DNA from: Bacillus subtilis subsp. subtilis str. 168
GTDB lineage: Bacteria > Bacillota > Bacilli > Bacillales > Bacillaceae
Assembly (NCBI RefSeq): GCF_000009045.1
Contig: NC_000964.3
Location: 558,001 to 622,000 of the forward strand
Direction of reading: 5' to 3'
DNA: 64,000 nucleotides
The notes under the pieces: model-generated
Told to the model about the DNA's origin: nothing
Databases searched by the model: none
What the model saw: only the letters and a program-made list of their open reading frames with translations
In this document: positions 1 through 9,733 of the stretch, in pieces
How the letters are laid out: each line of letters starts with the position of its first letter
How positions within the stretch are numbered: position 1 is the stretch's first letter
Translations under genes and position numbers: made by a program

Positions 1-1
1 G

Positions 2-58
2 AATATTGTTGGACTTTTTAGCAAAGAATCAGTAAAACAAGCACAGCAAGCAAATTAA
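2..58 (+). CDS. ydzN: 3' end of a small CDS entering the window (...NIVGLFSKESVKQAQQAN*)
   Basis: Open frame from nt 2 to TAA 56-58, followed by a terminator hairpin; name from recalled synteny only. Confidence 0.55.
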   Translation, partial: NIVGLFSKESVKQAQQAN

Positions 59-74
59 AAGTCATAAAGTTGGG

Positions 75-108
75 AAAGAAGGATGTTACTTATGTAGTAT
101 CCTTCTTT
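75..108 (+). terminator. Intrinsic terminator-like hairpin
   Basis: AAAGAAGGAT...ATCCTTCTTT inverted repeat after the partial CDS. Confidence 0.6.
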
Positions 109-407
109 ATTATTCCTTGAAAAATGAAACAAATTGGAGATTACAGCTTATATAATCAATTGAAGTCGTTGATTATTTTCATGAACAGGAGATTTAATGC
201 TTTCTGATGAAATATTATCGTATGAATGTTGCAAGAGGAAACGTTACTCAAAGATTACAGGGATGTGATGAACACTCCTCTTTATCGCACTCACCTGACC
301 CCAAATTGTTGGGGAAGGGCAGGTACGGAAGATAGAGTATTTTTTCTTCGTAACAAATCGAAAAGGTTGGATAATAAAAAACTTATAATCTAAGGCGGTA
401 TATAGTT

Positions 408-1001
408 GTGAAAAAGGCGTTATTTCTTATATTAGACCAGTATGCAGATTGGGAAGGTGTTTACTTAGCATCTGCATTAAATCAAAGAGAAGATTGGTCG
501 GTTCACACTGTTTCTTTAGACCCTATTGTAAGCTCAATAGGTGGTTTTAAAACATCTGTCGATTACATAATAGGGTTAGAACCTGCAAATTTTAATTTGC
601 TAGTTATGATTGGCGGGGATTCCTGGAGTAATGACAATAAAAAACTATTACATTTTGTAAAAACTGCATTTCAAAAAAACATTCCAATAGCAGCGATATG
701 CGGTGCAGTGGATTTTTTGGCGAAGAATGGTTTGCTGAATAATCATAGCCATACAGGTAATTTTGTTTACTTATGGAAAGATTACAAACAATATAAACCG
801 ATTAGCAGTTTTGTAGAGAAACAAGCAGTAAGAGATAAAAATTTGGTTACTGCTAATGGAACTGCCCCTATTGAATTTACTAATTTAATTTTAGAGATGA
901 TTGATTTTGATACTCCTGAGAACATAGAGAAAATGATGTATATGAATCGTTATGGTTTTTATCATTTTTGTGATAAATATGGAAATCCATTTGTTGATTA
1001 A
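408..1001 (+). CDS. ydeA: DJ-1/PfpI (ThiJ) family protein
   Basis: 197 aa, GTG start, nucleophile-elbow AICGA, N-terminal D..ADWE motif, LVTANG motif. Confidence 0.9.
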   Translation: MKKALFLILDQYADWEGVYLASALNQREDWSVHTVSLDPIVSSIGGFKTSVDYIIGLEPANFNLLVMIGGDSWSNDNKKLLHFVKTAFQKNIPIAAICGAVDFLAKNGLLNNHSHTGNFVYLWKDYKQYKPISSFVEKQAVRDKNLVTANGTAPIEFTNLILEMIDFDTPENIEKMMYMNRYGFYHFCDKYGNPFVD

Positions 1002-1116
1002 TTTGCTGGAAATGATTTTCCCGAATAGGGGGCTTTGCGATTGAGTTGAATTTCCTAATAAAGCAAAGAAAGATGATTTGAGGTCAAGTTTAACAAATAA
1101 TGCCATCAATATTAAT

Positions 1117-1145
1117 TTGCAGTTATTTCCGATTCCTGATATAAT
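1117..1145 (+). promoter_or_regulatory. SigA promoter of cspC (TTGCAG-17-TATAAT, extended -10 TG), giving a ~110-nt 5'UTR with an ATTATTTTTGTTC cold-box-like motif
   Basis: TTGCAG 1117-1122, TG 1137-38, TATAAT 1140-1145; long UTRs are typical of Bacillus csp genes. Confidence 0.75.
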
Positions 1146-1263
1146 AAAGAAGAATTATTTTTGTTCGGTGTAAAGGATAGTATGAAGATTGACTTTTCGT
1201 CTTGATGATACTTTGGGCAAGGATAGTATATACTGTGTGGTTACACACTAGGAGGCAACAAAA

Positions 1264-1464
1264 ATGGAACAAGGTACAGTTAAATGGTTTAATGCAGAAA
1301 AAGGTTTTGGCTTTATCGAACGCGAAAATGGAGACGATGTATTCGTACACTTTTCTGCAATCCAAAGTGACGGATTCAAATCTTTAGACGAAGGTCAAAA
1401 AGTATCGTTTGACGTTGAGCAAGGTGCTCGTGGAGCTCAAGCTGCTAACGTTCAAAAAGCTTAA
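1264..1464 (+). CDS. cspC: Cold-shock protein CspC
   Basis: 66 aa, RNP1 KGFGFI and RNP2 VFVHF, SD AGGAGG. Confidence 0.98.
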   Translation: MEQGTVKWFNAEKGFGFIERENGDDVFVHFSAIQSDGFKSLDEGQKVSFDVEQGARGAQAANVQKA

Positions 1465-1481
1465 TCTTCAATCGTTTATAC

Positions 1482-1513
1482 AAACAGGCTCTTTATATAG
1501 GGCCTGTTTTTTT
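1482..1513 (+). terminator. cspC intrinsic terminator
   Basis: AAACAGGC..GCCTGTTT stem plus T-run. Confidence 0.85.
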
Positions 1514-1532
1514 ATGTCTATATCATACTCAA

Positions 1533-1608
1533 TAAAAAACCCTACTCAACGTTCGAGTAGGGAGATGCTACAAGGTAATAGAAAAAGATTTAAAACTTCA
1601 AAGGTTTG
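1533..1608 (-). ncRNA. Candidate ~75-nt sRNA convergent with cspC
   Basis: Extended -10 TGTTATACT (1614-1622, minus), no ORF, CCCTACTC/GAGTAGGG hairpin (1540-1562) followed by T6 on the minus strand. Confidence 0.55.
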
Positions 1609-2150
1609 TTTACAGTATAACATACTGGATTGACAATATGCGGAATGTATATAAATTATTTAATGTTTTGTTCAAATATAGATAACTGACTCTTTTTTTC
1701 ACTAACCTGTTCGTTCATTTAAGTAAGATTAGATGAATTATAAAAATGGTTTCATCTAAATGTTATCAACTCGCATATCTCTTTTATGAGAAGAAGATAA
1801 ACAATTATTATTCAATGTTGCAGTGGATATAAGAAATTCTTAAAAATAATGAGGAGATCGATTGTTTTTTTCTCCTGGAAATAATCACTTAGAGATACCT
1901 AAAACAATGAAAGCCCTACCTCTCTTCCATCCTTACGGCTCCTTGTCCGTGCCAGTGTGAATCAGGATACTAAAAAAAGTGACTATTTTATTGAGTTTTT
2001 TGGTAAAACTTCAATCTTCGCAGAAGAAATGTAAATAATAAAAATGGATTAGAATGTAGGAATAACAAAAGAGGTCGTTAATGTTCTAAACATAAGTTGG
2101 AGAAGATTTGCTTTTCATCATAATATTCCGAAATATCTTTTGGGATGTAT

Positions 2151-2612
2151 CTAACCAAAACTTTTTATTTGTTTTTCAGTGATTCCTTTAATTACTTCCA
2201 GTTCACTAATCAAAAATTCATATGCATTATCCAGCATTTTTTTTTCGCTTGCATTAAGTGCTTTTTCTTTCTTCATACGCATTAAATCACGTACAACTTC
2301 AGCACCTTCTTGTATTTCACCTGTTTTTATTTTGTCCGTGTTTATTTTGTACCTTTGCTTCCATGGCAGTAACCTATCGGATTCTCCATGCTGAAAAATG
2401 TGCATAATGTGTTTTAATGCAAGTATATCGGTAACTGGTCGTATATTCGAACTCAATATTTTACTCGTTGGAATCATAACTGTCATATTACTGATTGACA
2501 TTCTTATGACATAATACTGTTGTTTTTCCTCTAAGAATTCTTTTTCTTCTATGGCTTCAATTATACCTGCTCCGTGCATTGGATAAACAATGTTATCGCC
2601 AATTTGAAACAT
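2151..2612 (-). CDS. ydeB: CarD/CdnL-family RNA-polymerase-binding factor
   Basis: MFQIGDNIVYPMHGAGII CarD N-terminal signature; start moved to ATG 2612 behind SD GGAGGTG. Confidence 0.92.
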   Translation of the reverse strand: MFQIGDNIVYPMHGAGIIEAIEEKEFLEEKQQYYVIRMSISNMTVMIPTSKILSSNIRPVTDILALKHIMHIFQHGESDRLLPWKQRYKINTDKIKTGEIQEGAEVVRDLMRMKKEKALNASEKKMLDNAYEFLISELEVIKGITEKQIKSFG

Positions 2613-2618
2613 ATCATC

Positions 2619-2665
2619 CACCTCCATATATGGTATCCTTCTTAAGATTACCATATATGGAGGTG
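2619..2665 (-). promoter_or_regulatory. Perfect 17-bp hairpin sequestering the ydeB SD
   Basis: CACCTCCATATATGGTA (2619-2635) / TACCATATATGGAGGTG (2649-2665). Confidence 0.8.
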
Positions 2666-2681
2666 TAATATCAAAATTTTA

Positions 2682-2711
2682 ATAATAACATGATCGAATT
2701 TTTGATGTCAA
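2682..2711 (-). promoter_or_regulatory. SigA promoter of ydeB (TTGACA-18-TATTAT, extended -10)
   Basis: Reverse complement of TGTCAA 2706-2711 and ATAATA 2682-2687, TG at -15/-14. Confidence 0.75.
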
Positions 2712-3143
2712 TAACTTTTTTGAAAAAACAGATCAAGCAAAAACAATAGGGAACGTGTCGGATTTCCAATCAGGAAAAGGTCAATTGATCCGTGTGAGCA
2801 GTTTTTCATTGGCTCAATGACATTACAGAAATGATTTGAGTAGATAAGAAAGAACGATATTCGTGAAATGTCAGCTAAAAATATTTAAAGCACATGATTA
2901 AGTTCTAATTTCTTTACCGATTTGATATGGATAACGGCCGACTTACTTAATGATGCATTTTCACTTATCTTGCAAGCAGAAAAAGGTTTGTTGATAAACA
3001 TTTAGCCACCAAATTGGCATTATTATCAGGGAAATTGACAACCTTCAAATGGGTATTGAGGCGAGAAGAAAAATAAAGAAAGGAGAGATTATAAATGAAG
3101 ACCAGAACATAAAGAAGTAAAGGGGAAAGAACAAGGTTAATTG

Positions 3144-3178
3144 AAAAGCAAACTATATAAAATAGTTTGCTTTTTTTT
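3144..3178. terminator. Bidirectional terminator
   Basis: AAAAGCAAACTAT / ATAGTTTGCTTTT 13-bp stem. Confidence 0.8.
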
Positions 3179-3179
3179 G

Positions 3180-3416
3180 TTATGACTTCACTTCTTTTTC
3201 TTTCTCTTTAATGACTAATAAAACACCGCTCAGAATTAAAAACGAACCTATCCAAAATGTCCCGCCTATTTGTTCTCCAAGCAGAATCCATCCGAGTAAG
3301 GTTCCAACCAGAGGCTGAAAAAAGAAAAAGAGGCCTCCACTTGAGGCATTTAATAATTGTAAGCCGTGGTTCCACAATAAAAATGCACAAGCTGTTGAAA
3401 CAATTCCCAAATACAA
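3180..3416 (-). pseudogene. ydzE: C-terminal fragment of an EamA/DMT transporter
   Basis: 78 aa of only the last ~3 TM helices (YLGIVSTACAFLLWNHGL...LLGEQIG); upstream frame is broken, no RBS. Confidence 0.8.
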
Positions 3417-3513
3417 AAGGCCACCTAGAATTTTAGGGTCAAGCAGTAGTGGCGTAAAAATCGTGCTAGGGGAGTACCATTAACAGGGACTCCATTTATT
3501 AATAGAATAAACT

Positions 3514-4389
3514 TTATGAATTCATTTTTTTGTATGATAATGGCGTCATATTCATCGCTTGTTGAAATTTACTTATGAAATAACTGGTACTGTTAAATCC
3601 AACTTGATAAGACACTTCTGTCACATTGGATTCAGGGTGTTGCAGTAATAATAAGCTTTTTTGAATTCTATAATCCATTACATAACGTAATGGCGTCTTA
3701 TTCAGCATTCGTTTAAAATAACGGCAGCATTCAGAACGGCTCAGTTGGCCAGCTTTTGCAATGTCCTCTAATGTGATTTTTTCAACATAATGGAGATGGA
3801 TCCAGTTTAACATTTGTTTCATTCGATGACTTTTTATCATTTCAGATTGATCGTACTCTAATTGAAAACCATTAACGACCAGGTTTTTCCACATTAACGT
3901 TAATTGCATCGTAATGTCAATCTCATAGAGCGATGTCTTTTGTTGAATCAATTGATTTATTTTTTTAACAGCATCTAGAATATTTTTTGCCCACTGTTGA
4001 TTTCCAGCCAAAAATAAATAGGGCAAATTGGTTGAAAACATATAGGGCTGAACATAGCTTGAATACAGTTCCTGAGATAAAACGAAATGGGGTGACACAT
4101 TCAAGCAAATATACGTACAATCCGAGCCTTCCTTTTCTTCGGCCATGTGCAGGTAGCCGCTATTGATAAATAATCCATCCCCTTCGTGAACCTCTATTTT
4201 TTCTTCATTTATTTGAAAGAGAGCTATCCCTTTTAGTATCAAAACAAATTGGATTTCATCATGCCAATGAAGCGGAATATAGCCATTTATATTTTGATTG
4301 ATCGTTGTCTTGTAGCAGGCAACTGGCAATTCTACCGTTCGGTGCTCTGTTAATTCTTTTAAATTTTGATCGATCACAAAATTCTTCAT
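3514..4389 (-). CDS. ydeC: AraC-family regulator with cupin sensing domain
   Basis: LHWHDEIQF cupin motif, C-terminal double HTH (VGFNSTSYF); start 4389 behind GAGGTG. Confidence 0.92.
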   Translation of the reverse strand: MKNFVIDQNLKELTEHRTVELPVACYKTTINQNINGYIPLHWHDEIQFVLILKGIALFQINEEKIEVHEGDGLFINSGYLHMAEEKEGSDCTYICLNVSPHFVLSQELYSSYVQPYMFSTNLPYLFLAGNQQWAKNILDAVKKINQLIQQKTSLYEIDITMQLTLMWKNLVVNGFQLEYDQSEMIKSHRMKQMLNWIHLHYVEKITLEDIAKAGQLSRSECCRYFKRMLNKTPLRYVMDYRIQKSLLLLQHPESNVTEVSYQVGFNSTSYFISKFQQAMNMTPLSYKKMNS

Positions 4390-4501
4390 TCTGACTTCAC
4401 ACCTCAATATATTTATATTTTTTCATTCAATTTGAGTATTTTTTATCATGTTTTGCATTTATTATAACACTATTATTATATTTATTAGTGAGGAGTCATG
4501 T

Positions 4502-5461
4502 ATGAATACTTCCAATAGAAGAATGGGATTGTTCTATGTTATCACAGGGGCGACATGTTGGGGGATTGGAGGCACAGTAGCCAAAAAACTTTTTCAAGAA
4601 TATCAAATTGATGTCAATTGGCTTGTAACGACACGCTTGCTTACGGCTGGAATGTTACTTTTAATGCTGCAACTGTTCAGAAAGGATCGTTCCCAGGTTA
4701 TTGAGGTGTGGAAACACAAAGCGTCGGCTGGCCAGCTTCTAATTTTTGGCCTATTGGGAATGCTAGCTGTGCAGTACACATATATGGCATCCATTCAACA
4801 TGGGAATGCTGCCGTTGCTACGTTATTGCAATATTTATCCCCAGTAATCGTCATTATCTACACGCTGTTGCGAAAACAAACGGTTCTTACCAAACAAGAT
4901 ATCATAACTGTTGTACTTGCTTTAGTGGGTTGCTTTTTTTTGTTAACAAATGGTTCAATGTCTCAACTTTCAGTGCCGGCAGCTGCAGTAGTATGGGGAG
5001 TTTTATCAGGATTCGCGGCAGCTTTTTATACTTTGTATGCCGTTGGTTTATTAAATAAATTTGATTCTCTTGTCGTTGTAGGTTGGGCTATGATTATTGG
5101 CGGTTTTGCATTGGGTTTTATCCATCCGCCATGGCAACTGGATTTTCAACGATTAACTGCTGAGGCGTATGCATATATCTTATTCGTGATATTATTTGGA
5201 ACAATGATTGCGTTCTGGTTCTTCATAAAAAGCTTGGAAAGCCTCTCTCCAAAAGAAACAAGCCTACTAGGCAGTCTAGAGCCTCTATCAGCTGTTGTAA
5301 CAACTGTCGTTTGGTTAAAAGCGCCATTTGGTTCTTTTCAATGGATTGGTGCTATTTGTATTATAGGGATAACTTTAATATTGGCTTTACATAAAGAGCC
5401 TTCTATGGAGAGTGAAAAATCGATATTAAAGATTAGGAATCATGCAAATCGGGATATATAG
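4502..5461 (+). CDS. ydeD: EamA/DMT (RarD/YicL-like) transporter
   Basis: ~10 hydrophobic segments, duplicated EamA pattern, divergent from AraC gene; start 4502 behind GAGGAG. Confidence 0.9.
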
Positions 5462-5534
5462 GGGCTTTTTTTGCTTACATGACCGGTCCGGCAATGAAAA
5501 ACACTGGTGGAGTTTGAGCCCTCTCGGCAGTATC

Positions 5535-5570
5535 AAAAATACCAAGGGTTTTGACGCCCTAGGTATTTTT
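5535..5570. repeat. Palindromic element copy 1 (AAAAATACCAAGGG-TTTTGACG-CCCTAGGTATTTTT), probable bidirectional terminator
   Basis: Between convergent ydeD and ydeE; near-identical to the reverse complement of 17670-17704. Confidence 0.8.
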
Positions 5571-5613
5571 TCTTCAAGAACCTTCAATTTTTCTTCTCTG
5601 ATTGAAAAACGTA

Positions 5614-6486
5614 TTACTTTTTTGTGATTGGTATCCAAATTTCACTTTTAAAAGATGGTGATGTTACATCCTTATGCTCGTTCCACAATATTTCTGGACC
5701 TTCTATTTGTTCGTAATTTGACGATGGAAACCATTCGGAATAAATGCGTCCCCATACTTCTTGCAGTGTATCCGGAAATGGCCCGATTGATTCGAATACA
5801 GCCCATGTTGAGGCAGGAACTTCAAGCCGTGAGAAGTTATCTGGACACCGTTTCGTTGTGGCTGCGCCAATATAGTGATCGAGCTCTCCGTTTTCCTCTG
5901 TCCGACCTTCAGAAAAATTCGTGGATGCACTAATGAGGCCTGATGGTGCTACATTAGATAGCTCTTTTAGTTTATTTATTGCTTTTTCATCTAAACTTTC
6001 CCACATAGATGCAATTTCCGGATTAATTCCTTTGAAAATAATAGGAACTCTTTTTTTAATGCCAACGATGCGAAATGCCTCTTTTTCTTCAATACGGTAG
6101 TTCATTTCATTTCCTCCTTTAATTGTTAGCTGGAAGGTCATTCGTGGATAAGCTTTAAGGGAATGGCCATTAAATCTGGCTTTTGATGGGTTTATGCCAT
6201 GTAAATTTTGGAATGCCCGTGCAAAAGAATCTGGTGAGTTATAACCGTACTTTATTGCAATATCAATCACTTTTACATTGCTGTCTTTCAGTTCAAAAGC
6301 TGCAAGAGTAAGACGTCTGCGACGAATATATTCCGATAATGAAATACCTGCAAGGAAGGAAAACATCCTTTTAAAATGATATTCAGAGCAGAAAGCAAGC
6401 TTTGCTGCCTCTTGAAAATCAATATCATTAGTGAGGTTTTCTTCAATATACTTTAACGCCCTATTCATACTTTTAAGCAAATCCAT
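5614..6486 (-). CDS. ydeE: AraC-family regulator with GyrI-like effector domain
   Basis: N-terminal AraC HTH ([22 protein letters not shown]), C-terminal GyrI-like domain (EIWIPI). Confidence 0.9.
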
Positions 6487-6712
6487 TTATTTGGCCTCCT
6501 TTAACCAAAGAATAACAGGAGTGAAATGTATTTATCCGACATTCTGTGCACAGTTTTGCAGGATGACTTATATGAAATAAAGTAAGTGATTCACTTGTAT
6601 TTGTACAGGTTTTATTGAAGCATGCTGTTCATAAAAAGGCATCAATAAAAGAAAGTTATAATTGTCTTATAAACGGCACATTCATATAATTGAGTGAAAA
6701 AGGATGCGTATC

Positions 6713-8101
6713 ATGCCTATCAATTCTTTTGAAAATTATCCGATGAGCTGGAAGCCATCGATTGATAAAGCTGAAAAGCCTATTTATAAAGCACTTGCAG
6801 GGCAATTGGAACAGGATATTTTAAACGGAGTTTTATTACCTGGAACAAAACTTCCTCCACAGCGAGAATTGGCCGATTATCTAGATTTAAATGTGAGTAC
6901 GATTTCAAAAGCATTTAAAGTGTGTGAGTTAAAAGGGCTGCTGAGTGCGACTGTAGGGAGCGGCACATTTGTATCGTATGATGCGTTGTCGAATGCGTAT
7001 TTACTTGAGGATACTAAGCCGACACATTTAATTGAAATGGGAGCAATACTTCCAGATCACGCTTCATATGAGCCCTTGTTATACCAACTGAAAAACATGG
7101 TTCATGAGGAGGATTATGAAAAATGGTTTAGCTATGGCCGGGCAGGTGAAAGCCTTTGGCAAAAAGATGCAGCTGTAAAGCTCATCCAAAGAGGCGGATT
7201 TGAAACATCCGTTGATCACATTTTATTTGCAAATGGAGGGCAAAATGCGATTGCAGCGACATTGGCGAGTCTTTGTAAGCCTGGAGATCGCATCGGAGTT
7301 GACCATCATACGTACCCTGGATTAAAAACTGTTGCATCATTGCTTAGTGTGCAAATCGTACCGATAAAATCAGAAAACGATGAAATGAGTCCGGAGTCAC
7401 TTGAATATGCGTGTAAAAACGAAAATATTAAAGGTTTGTATTTAATCCCGGATTATCATAATCCGACGACTTCCTTTATGTCTGTTGAGAATCGAAGAAT
7501 GGTTGCAGACATTGTAAAGAAATATAATCTGTTTGTTATTGAGGATGCATCGTACCATCTTCTCAACAAAAATCCGCTTCCGGCACTCGCCTCATTCGCA
7601 CCGCAACAGGTTATTCATATTGCAAGTTTATCAAAATCGTTAGCGCCAGGCCTGCGTTTGGCTTATGTAGCAGTGCCGAGACAATATAAGGAGCCAATAT
7701 CAAAGGCGCTTTATAATTTAAATATAACTGTTTCCCCGCTATTAGCTGAACTTACTGCTCGCACGATTGTATCAAATCAATTTGAAGTCTTAATTGAGAG
7801 TCATCGTGAACAAACCATTCGCAGAAATCAACTCGTAAACCGATATGTTGCGGGATATACATGTTTAGGTGTTGAAACAGGCATTTTTCGTTGGTTGTTG
7901 TTACCGGGTAAAATGTCTGGTGCCGAATTTGAAGAATTGGCTGCTCGACTTGGCGTGCAAGTGTATGCGGCTGAACGCTTTGTAGTGGGAAATAGTTGTC
8001 CTGAAAGGGCTGTAAGGGTTTCTGTCTGTGCACCAAAAACACTTGAAGAGCTTGAACAAGGATTAATGATCCTGAGACGTTTGCTAGACGATCTTACCTA
8101 A
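6713..8101 (+). CDS. ydeF: MocR/GabR-family (GntR HTH + PLP aminotransferase) regulator
   Basis: GTKLPPQRELA wHTH, HNPT motif, SLSKSLAPGLR PLP-lysine motif. Confidence 0.92.
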   Translation: MPINSFENYPMSWKPSIDKAEKPIYKALAGQLEQDILNGVLLPGTKLPPQRELADYLDLNVSTISKAFKVCELKGLLSATVGSGTFVSYDALSNAYLLEDTKPTHLIEMGAILPDHASYEPLLYQLKNMVHEEDYEKWFSYGRAGESLWQKDAAVKLIQRGGFETSVDHILFANGGQNAIAATLASLCKPGDRIGVDHHTYPGLKTVASLLSVQIVPIKSENDEMSPESLEYACKNENIKGLYLIPDYHNPTTSFMSVENRRMVADIVKKYNLFVIEDASYHLLNKNPLPALASFAPQQVIHIASLSKSLAPGLRLAYVAVPRQYKEPISKALYNLNITVSPLLAELTARTIVSNQFEVLIESHREQTIRRNQLVNRYVAGYTCLGVETGIFRWLLLPGKMSGAEFEELAARLGVQVYAAERFVVGNSCPERAVRVSVCAPKTLEELEQGLMILRRLLDDLT

Positions 8102-8109
8102 TATTGTTT

Positions 8110-8141
8110 GCCATACAATTATGACATTGTATGGCTTTTTT
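8110..8141 (+). terminator. ydeF terminator
   Basis: GCCATACAAT / ATTGTATGGC stem plus T-run. Confidence 0.8.
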
Positions 8142-8210
8142 GTGCGTGTTATGATGATCCACATCTAGAGGGAGGTTTATACAAAATTGGCTTTTAGAAA
8201 GGAAGGTCAG

Positions 8211-9503
8211 ATGATGTTAGACAAGGACAGCGTAAAAGCAATAGATGTTCAAACTGCTTCATTACAGAGCTACATCAGTTCACCAGAAAAACAAAAATCG
8301 TTATACAAGCGTACACTATTCGTTGTGAGTATCTCACAAATTTTTGGCGGTGCGGGGCTGGCGGCAGGAGTGACTGTCGGTGCGCTTATTGCACAGCAAA
8401 TGCTTGGCACTGATGCGTTTGCTGGTTTGCCTTCTGCTTTATTTACTTTAGGGTCAGCAGGATCTGCATTAATTGTTGGAAGACTTTCTCAACGTTATGG
8501 CCGTCGAACAGGTCTTTCAGCTGGCTTTATGATTGGCGGACTTGGAGCAATAGGCGTTATTATGGCAGCAATCATAAATAGTATTTTCTTGTTATTTATT
8601 TCGTTGCTTATTTACGGTGCAGGTACAGCCACTAATTTACAGGCCCGTTATGCAGGTACAGACTTAGCAAATCATAAGCAGCGAGCGACTGCTGTTAGTA
8701 TAACCATGGTTTTTACTACATTTGGCGCAGTGGCAGGTCCAAGCTTAGTGAATGTGATGGGGGATTTCGCTCTTTCTATTGGTGTTCCATCACTTGCTGG
8801 CCCTTTCATTTTAGCCGCAGCAGCATATATGTTAGCAGGTGTGGTCCTTTTCATTATGCTTCGTCCAGATCCATTAGTTATAGCAAGAACAATAGAAGCG
8901 GCAAATGAAGAGCCTGGTGATAAAGGACATTTGGCGGCAACTGAGCATACAGAAAACAAAAAAGGGATAATCGTTGGGGCAACGGTTATGGTTCTTACCC
9001 AAATAGTAATGGTAGCTATTATGACAATGACACCGGTTCATATGAGACATCATGGGCATGACTTGGGTGCAGTCGGTCTTGTTATTGGTTTTCATATAGG
9101 TGCTATGTATCTCCCTTCACTTGTTACAGGTGTTCTTGTAGATAGGTTGGGACGTACCGCAATGGCTATTTCCTCTGGAACAACGTTGCTTTTGGCAGGT
9201 GTAATAGCAGCATTTGCTCCGGGAGAATCTATGATTCTTCTCGTCATTGCTCTTTCTTTACTGGGATTAGGGTGGAATTTTGGTTTGATAAGCGGGACTG
9301 CCCTTATTGTAGATTCAACTGATACTGCCACACGAGCTAAAACGCAGGGGACAGTGGATGTTCTGATTGCGTTGTCAGGAGCTGCTGGCGGAGCATTATC
9401 TGGAATGATTGTGGCAGGTTCAAGTTACCTCGCATTATCACTTATTGGAGGGATTTTGTCCTTATTACTCATTCCGGTGGTGGTATGGTCTAGGGGCCGC
9501 TAA
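8211..9503 (+). CDS. ydeG: MFS transporter
   Basis: 12-TM pattern, GRLSQRYGRR and DRLGR MFS loop motifs; alternative TTG start at 8187 also has an SD. Confidence 0.9.
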   Translation: MMLDKDSVKAIDVQTASLQSYISSPEKQKSLYKRTLFVVSISQIFGGAGLAAGVTVGALIAQQMLGTDAFAGLPSALFTLGSAGSALIVGRLSQRYGRRTGLSAGFMIGGLGAIGVIMAAIINSIFLLFISLLIYGAGTATNLQARYAGTDLANHKQRATAVSITMVFTTFGAVAGPSLVNVMGDFALSIGVPSLAGPFILAAAAYMLAGVVLFIMLRPDPLVIARTIEAANEEPGDKGHLAATEHTENKKGIIVGATVMVLTQIVMVAIMTMTPVHMRHHGHDLGAVGLVIGFHIGAMYLPSLVTGVLVDRLGRTAMAISSGTTLLLAGVIAAFAPGESMILLVIALSLLGLGWNFGLISGTALIVDSTDTATRAKTQGTVDVLIALSGAAGGALSGMIVAGSSYLALSLIGGILSLLLIPVVVWSRGR

Positions 9504-9733
9504 AGGGTAGGATTGTTTAATTTACATTAATTTGTTATATTGTTAGATAAAGTATATTGCAGCATCTAATATTCTAACGAACTATAGTTGCTCCATTAAA
9601 TCTATTATAAAGATTTGACCAGGATTCCTTATAGCTGTGTCACTCACTGCATATTCTTTAATTGAATCACATAAAATGGTTATCGGATTTGAAAAAGGCA
9701 GGATTACTCGCTTTAGGTAAAGGAGTCATAACG

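Noticed and set aside
197-268. 23-codon ORF MLSDEILSYECCKRKRYSKITGM behind AGGAG
   Set aside because: Short, tight SD spacing and no similarity I recognise; cannot be told from chance or debris without Ribo-seq
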